Part shown: positions 33,283 through 37,346 of the stretch, one piece after another
Position numbering within the stretch: position 1 is the stretch's first letter
Layout of the letters: each line of letters begins with the position of its first letter
Source of the DNA: an uncultured Candidatus Saccharibacteria bacterium
Lineage (GTDB): Bacteria; Patescibacteriota; UBA1384; JAMDBS01; CAZXAY01
Length of the DNA stretch: 37,346 nt
Reading direction: 5' to 3'
Assembly (NCBI GenBank): GCA_964638435.1
Contig: CAZXAY010000004.1
Coordinates: 1-37,346, forward strand
The notes under the pieces: generated by a model
Database searches by the model: none
Seen by the model: the letters and a program-made list of their open reading frames with translations, nothing else
Told to the model about the DNA's origin: nothing
Program-made: the position numbers and the translations under genes

Positions 33283-33933
33283 TTATTTAATGCTTAATAC
33301 AAAATCAATTAATTGTTTTTTAGCTACCTCAAAACCCGATAAAATTAATGGTTGTATTTTATCAATTTTATCAATTGCCTCGAGAGATTTTTCTAAAAAA
33401 ATCACCTTATCAATCTCCACGCCAAATTTTTTAATTGCGCCACTATGTAGTTTTTTTAAACTCAAATTTTTATTTTTTTTAGCGATCCAATAAAGATCAA
33501 ATATATGTTTCGATCCAACATTTTCATAAAGTGCTAATATCTTATTTTCTGCAACAGATTTAACACTATCAACTCTTATGTTAAATTCCTTAGATATTTT
33601 TTTATCCATTAATTTACCAAAGGGAAAATAAACAAATTCTAATTTAATAATATCTTTATCGGAAAAAATTAGATTAAAAATCTGACGATTTTTATCTTTT
33701 TGATATTTTATCTGTTTTATTTTAAAATTACTTTTTAATTTATTAATCTCACCTAGCAATACTTCATCACTATAAAGGTCATCAGAAAAAAAATCTAAGT
33801 CTTCACTTAAGCGATGTTTTAAATAAATTTCTGCTAGCGCCGTACCACCAGTAAAATAAAAATTATGACTAAAAAAATTGCTCCTAGATAAAAAGTTAAG
33901 AATTTGTATTTGTTTATTAGTTAGAATTTTCAT
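33283..33933 (-). CDS. AbiEii/DUF1814-like nucleotidyltransferase (type IV toxin-like)
   Basis: FYFTGGTALAEIYLKHRLSEDLDFFS is the NTase motif. KILALYENVGSKHIFDLYW is also present. Confidence 0.7.
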   Translation of the reverse strand: MKILTNKQIQILNFLSRSNFFSHNFYFTGGTALAEIYLKHRLSEDLDFFSDDLYSDEVLLGEINKLKSNFKIKQIKYQKDKNRQIFNLIFSDKDIIKLEFVYFPFGKLMDKKISKEFNIRVDSVKSVAENKILALYENVGSKHIFDLYWIAKKNKNLSLKKLHSGAIKKFGVEIDKVIFLEKSLEAIDKIDKIQPLILSGFEVAKKQLIDFVLSIK

Positions 33934-34138
33934 TATTAAAATATAGTTTAATCGCTTTTTTTCTATACGGAGAAATATTAAGTTTATTAAGGTTTTTGAC
34001 CAACACTTTTTTATCTAACCCTACCCAATCAGCCATTTGAGCTTTACGCTCTAAATACCATAACAAAACTTTAGGATCACTAAGATCTTTTTTACTAATT
34101 TTATAATCCCAAATTGAGATATCATTTAGCATTTTCAT
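33917..34138 (-). CDS. 73-aa putative cognate antitoxin/partner
   Basis: It overlaps the NTase gene by 17 nt. SIWDYKISKKDL...WYLERKAQMADWVGLDKKVL parallels the 35384-35686 product. Confidence 0.55.
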   Translation of the reverse strand: MKMLNDISIWDYKISKKDLSDPKVLLWYLERKAQMADWVGLDKKVLVKNLNKLNISPYRKKAIKLYFNNENSN

Positions 34139-34144
34139 ACCTTA

Positions 34145-34173
34145 ATTATACCCTTTTACCTTGACAAAAGCAA
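34145..34173 (-). promoter_or_regulatory. promoter TTGCTT-17-TATAAT, 6 nt before the ATG (leaderless-type)
   Basis: It has the same box as 33233-33261. The ATG is at 34138. Confidence 0.55.
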
Positions 34174-34189
34174 GATTTTATGATATAAT
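34161..34189 (+). promoter_or_regulatory. consensus promoter TTGACA-17-TATAAT with a TG extension
   Basis: TTGACA lies at 34161-34166 and TGATATAAT at 34181-34189. It is divergent from the minus-strand promoter, and their -35 boxes overlap. Confidence 0.7.
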
Positions 34190-34346
34190 TTCTTGTTAAA
34201 GTCTGAATATTGTATATTTCGATAATCTCAGGCTAATGTTCATTAAAAAACTGATATTTATTCTTACGAGGCAAATTGCTCATAATTACATATATTATGT
34301 TCAGCTTGCTTCGTAAGAAGTAATATTATCAAGGAGGGAAACTCAA

Positions 34347-35093
34347 ATGTCAGATCTCAATTTTACCCTCAAGTTCTATGACGGGGACGGCACGGTAATG
34401 GTTTACCATGTCAGCCAGAAGGAAAAAAATTTTTCCCTGGTAGAGGTCATCATCACCGGTAGCTGGGGATACGGGCCAGAGGAAACATGGTACCAATCTC
34501 TAGACGACCTACGTGAGAAGTTGGGAGAATCCCAGGAATGGAGCTGGCTTAATCACTTCTGGTTCGATGGCCGATCACTTGATGAAGTGAATGGCAAAAC
34601 GGTGCGCTTTCACTACAAGTCCCCATTCTCCATCACTATCGAAGACGAAAACGGTAATGACACAAAAACCGTCTTTGATCATGAGGGACTAGAAGCTCAA
34701 AAAAATGAGCAAAAGCAGTTCGCCAACATGCAGCTGCAGACGCTCAAAAGGATGGGTTACTCCGAAAAGGAGGCATCGAGCATCATTGGCTCGGCTGGAC
34801 CCGGTAGAGCCGTAGAGGCAGCACAATGGGCAGCAAAAAACTGCCCTATGTGCGAGACCGAGGTTAAGTGGGACGCGCTCATGATGGTGCTCAGTGGAGC
34901 ATTGACATCAGGAACCGGCTACGATCGATTGGTCGTTGCTATTGAGTCTCTCGGATTCTCTCGCGTCCCAGCCTGCGGATCCAGAACAGGGCTTGTAAAG
35001 TTTCTGAAAGGTGCCCGGGCAGCAATGTTCTCCCCAACTTTCAGAAGAAACGGTGGAGGACGACCAGTCGTCATCGACCAAGTTCCGGCATAA
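34347..35093 (+). CDS. 248-aa orphan protein in a high-GC island
   Basis: The RBS AAGGAGGG lies 8 nt upstream. A hand count of the first 120 nt gives 46% G+C, against 25% for 33281-33340. No motif was recognised apart from one CPMC. Confidence 0.7.
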   Translation: MSDLNFTLKFYDGDGTVMVYHVSQKEKNFSLVEVIITGSWGYGPEETWYQSLDDLREKLGESQEWSWLNHFWFDGRSLDEVNGKTVRFHYKSPFSITIEDENGNDTKTVFDHEGLEAQKNEQKQFANMQLQTLKRMGYSEKEASSIIGSAGPGRAVEAAQWAAKNCPMCETEVKWDALMMVLSGALTSGTGYDRLVVAIESLGFSRVPACGSRTGLVKFLKGARAAMFSPTFRRNGGGRPVVIDQVPA

Positions 35094-35101
35094 ATCAACC
35101 A

Positions 35102-35152
35102 ACCCGCTAAAGCATAATGCATCAAAAACATGTGCTAAGGCGGGTTTTTTCT
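35102..35152 (+). terminator. rho-independent terminator (long imperfect stem)
   Basis: AACCCGC...GCGGGTT is followed by TTTTTCTTT. Confidence 0.6.
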
Positions 35153-35164
35153 TTGCCAAAATTT

Positions 35165-35193
35165 TTGCAAAAAATCCAATTTTTTGCTATAAT
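35165..35193 (+). promoter_or_regulatory. promoter TTGCAA-17-TATAAT with a TG extension
   Basis: TTGCAA lies at 35165-35170 and TGCTATAAT at 35185-35193. Confidence 0.6.
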
Positions 35194-35383
35194 ATAGTTA
35201 TGCTCAGTAATACAACTTTCAGAATGTTTTAAAGATTTATTAAATTTTTGAAAAGACTTATCGATATTATCTGGGTTTATAATATGGTGATAGCTAGGAA
35301 GATATTAAACATTAATAAAAATTTAACTGGAAGGTTGACCCCGTATAGCTACTACGTGATTATACGGGGTGAATATACTGAGT

Positions 35384-35686
35384 ATGAAAATAAAATTTCG
35401 AAAAGAAATTTTTTGGGACACTGACCCTAAAACGATTGATTATCAAAAACATGCTATTTATGTTATTGGTAAAGTAATAAAATGGGGCAATCTTAGTGAC
35501 TGGCAAGAACTAAAAAAAATTTACTCAACAAGGAAAATAAAGGCTACAGTCAAAAAATTATGTGATCTTGACAACAAAGATAGAAATTTTATACACATGG
35601 TTTATGACATTCCTTTACAACAATTATGTACCAAGAGGCAGTTCGCTCAAAACTTATCTCCTTTCTACAATCGCTCGCAAAGATAA
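35384..35686 (+). CDS. about 100-aa putative antitoxin/partner of the second NTase
   Basis: KEIFWDTDPKTIDYQKHAIYVIGKVIKWGNLSDWQEL is present. The start was set at ATG 35384, because the GTG at 35369 lies inside the hairpin CCCCGTATA/TATACGGGG (35339-35369). Confidence 0.55.
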   Translation: MKIKFRKEIFWDTDPKTIDYQKHAIYVIGKVIKWGNLSDWQELKKIYSTRKIKATVKKLCDLDNKDRNFIHMVYDIPLQQLCTKRQFAQNLSPFYNRSQR

Positions 35687-36240
35687 AAGAAATTAATAAT
35701 TTTTATCTAGCTGGCGGCACTAGCTTGGCTTTGCAAATAGGACATCGAGAATCTATCGATTTGGATTTTTTTAGCTATAAAAAATTTTCTAATAAATCTT
35801 TAAAATCAGTTCTTGAACAAATTGGAAAATTACAAATCATTACTGATGAACCTAATACTCTAAACTTAACAATCGATAGAATAAAGCTGAGTTTTTTTTA
35901 TTATCCATATAAATTAATCCTTCCTACTTTGAGGTTTAAAGGAATTAATATTGCCGATAAACGAGATATTGCCGCAATGAAATTAGAAGCAATTGCAGGC
36001 AGAGGGAGTAAAAAGGATTTTATTGATATATATTATCTTTGCCAAAAATATTCTTTAGAAAAAATTTTGGCATGGTATAAAAAAAGATATAAAAATCTTA
36101 GTATCAACCAATTTCATCTCATAAAAAGTTTAACTTATTTTGTAGATGCAGAAAATGATCCAATACCAAAAATGCTCAAACCAGTCAACTGGACTCAGGT
36201 AAAAGAAGAAATTATTAAAGAAGTAAAAAAATTGGTGTAA
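35626..36240 (+). CDS. AbiEii/DUF1814-like nucleotidyltransferase, second copy
   Basis: FYLAGGTSLALQIGHRESIDLDFFS and RGSKKDFIDIYYL are present. It overlaps the upstream ORF by 61 nt. Confidence 0.7.
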   Translation: MYQEAVRSKLISFLQSLAKIKEINNFYLAGGTSLALQIGHRESIDLDFFSYKKFSNKSLKSVLEQIGKLQIITDEPNTLNLTIDRIKLSFFYYPYKLILPTLRFKGINIADKRDIAAMKLEAIAGRGSKKDFIDIYYLCQKYSLEKILAWYKKRYKNLSINQFHLIKSLTYFVDAENDPIPKMLKPVNWTQVKEEIIKEVKKLV

Positions 36241-36267
36241 AATAATCTTATAGTCAGGATAAAAGTT

Positions 36268-36996
36268 CTATCTCGAAATTTTCCAAAGCATATCAAAAGT
36301 GTCTTTGTAACTTTTGGCGACTTTTTCGTTTTCGATTAACACCATCACTGGCTCATCACCCCAAATTTGGATTATCACACAATCCTCAAAAATCGCTGTA
36401 CTCGATGGCATCTCAAATTTTTCAGGTAAAGATTTTATCTCAATATATTCAAAATTTTTGAATGCTTCCTGCGTTTTATCCTCAATCGGCTCGTAAAGTT
36501 GCACCATATATTTTATCTTTTTTTGTGCTCTTTTTTTGTGCCAAATTTCGCTATAGTCACCCATATTTTTAAAATACCACCCAGACGCACCTAAAATTCT
36601 AATTTCACCACCAACCCGAGTCCGTCTGATCATAAATTCTCTCGCCTGAATCACCCCTTCGCTTCCAGACCAAATTTGAATAAACTGCTTATTGGTAGTT
36701 TTTTGTTGTAATTTTTCTAAATCAGGAATAATCTTTTTAGCAATATTAAAATTGTTTTCCACCATCTCCAGTATTCTTTGTGGTGAAGCAGCGCTATAAA
36801 ATCTCCTGCCCTTTTTGCGAATGTATGTAACCAAATTTTTTTCCTCAAGATGCTTAAGAGCAGTATATACTATCTCGCGATGATAATGGGTTTTGCTGAT
36901 AATTTTTCCGGCCGGCGTCTCACCAATCTCGAGTAGTGCTAAATATACATTGGCCTCTTTATCATTAAATCCCAATTCGATTAATTCATTTTTCAT
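36268..36996 (-). CDS. TrmB-family transcriptional regulator
   Basis: The N-terminal LGFNDKEANVYLALLEIGETPAGKIISKTHYHREIVYTALKHLEEKNLV is a TrmB-type HTH. Confidence 0.65.
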   Translation of the reverse strand: MKNELIELGFNDKEANVYLALLEIGETPAGKIISKTHYHREIVYTALKHLEEKNLVTYIRKKGRRFYSAASPQRILEMVENNFNIAKKIIPDLEKLQQKTTNKQFIQIWSGSEGVIQAREFMIRRTRVGGEIRILGASGWYFKNMGDYSEIWHKKRAQKKIKYMVQLYEPIEDKTQEAFKNFEYIEIKSLPEKFEMPSSTAIFEDCVIIQIWGDEPVMVLIENEKVAKSYKDTFDMLWKISR

Positions 36997-37090
36997 CTTC
37001 CCTCCGTGATCCTCTTATTAAAATATTTAATTCTATTTAACCCTTTAATCTTATTAAACACCATCTAACCAACTTTGTCAAATAAAATAC

Positions 37091-37119
37091 TTGACAAACT
37101 AGTTAAAATATGATATAAT
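37091..37119 (+). promoter_or_regulatory. consensus promoter TTGACA-17-TATAAT with a TG extension
   Basis: TTGACA lies at 37091-37096 and TGATATAAT at 37111-37119. Confidence 0.7.
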
Positions 37120-37212
37120 TACGTTGTTAAGCTGAGAATATGAGAGTATTTAAAGCTTGGCAAATTAACAACAAAATACCCTATCCTCAGGGTTAAGAGG
37201 AGGAGAATACAT

Positions 37213-37326
37213 ATGCTGATTAATTATCGTGATATCCTGGATTGTTTTGATCAGAAAAACGGTATTCCGACCTCTTGTTTCTATCAAACCAACAATGTGG
37301 GCTTAATGGTCAAAACGGGGGTCTAG
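37213..37326 (+). CDS. 37-aa mini-ORF behind a strong RBS (not in the ORF track)
   Basis: AAGAGGAGGAG lies 7 nt upstream. The product is MLINYRDILDCFDQKNGIPTSCFYQTNNVGLMVKTGV, with a TAG stop at 37324. Its codon style (CTG, CGT, CCG) is unlike the AT-rich neighbours. Confidence 0.4.
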   Translation: MLINYRDILDCFDQKNGIPTSCFYQTNNVGLMVKTGV

Positions 37327-37346
37327 TTTCCTAATATTTGTTCGAT

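Noticed and set aside
34190-34346. Retron-like msr/msd or type III antitoxin RNA upstream of the orphan ORF
   Set aside because: The leader has a long inverted repeat, but no reverse transcriptase (no YxDD ORF) is present anywhere in the window. There are also no tandem RNA repeats of the ToxI type.
28200-37346. Prophage or integrative element spanning the accessory region
   Set aside because: No integrase, recombinase, terminase, capsid or portal-like genes are visible, and no tRNA-derived att repeat was seen. The region is better described as a patchwork of small cassettes.

Overview
This is an AT-rich bacterial chromosomal segment: hand counts of sample stretches give about 25-30% G+C in the background. 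All long ORFs are intact under the standard code, and TGA, TAG and TAA are all used as stops. Gene style suggests a small-genome, Patescibacteria/CPR-like organism: short genes, many small membrane or hypothetical proteins, GIY-YIG minigenes, and GC-rich palindromic elements in an AT-rich background. That placement is inference only, since no search was possible.

Housekeeping content:
- ftsH, an amidase plus C39-like peptidase pair, a Nudix hydrolase and pgeF
- the dnaG-rpoD pair, a DEAD-box helicase, a MacB/FtsX-type ABC pair and holA
- four tRNAs: initiator Met, a second CAT tRNA, Ser-GGA and Asn-GTT

No rRNA, CRISPR array, integrase, transposase or reverse transcriptase was seen.

Accessory or unusual content:
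1. Four small GIY-YIG nuclease genes, three of them beside tRNA genes. Two sit in a perfect 343-bp tandem, each unit starting with a 16-nt copy of the tRNA-Asn 5' end.
2. A family of nested-hairpin, GC-rich repeat elements (3078-3222, 11312-11428, 27519-27598 and smaller relatives). Several lie inside ORFs without closing them, including three palindromic segments in or at the end of holA.
3. A roughly 50% G+C three-minigene cassette (6.1-7.0 kb) bracketed by TGTTACATGCTACA repeats.
4. Exactly 10-bp-phased GTTAAT/TTAAC arrays in front of genes.
5. An accessory stretch from 28.2 kb to the window end, with four parts:
   - a five-gene operon of small unknown or membrane proteins
   - a GHMP-kinase/OmpR-type winged-helix fusion downstream of a split GHKL-ATPase plus STAS-like (DUF4325-type) pair; a fused wHTH-ATPase-STAS paralogue lies at 21.8 kb
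   - two AbiEii-like nucleotidyltransferase toxin modules in inverted orientation, flanking a roughly 46-50% G+C orphan ORF that has a consensus promoter and a long structured leader
   - a second consensus promoter, leader and mini-ORF at the window edge

All domain calls come from motif recognition by eye. None was verified by HMM or BLAST.
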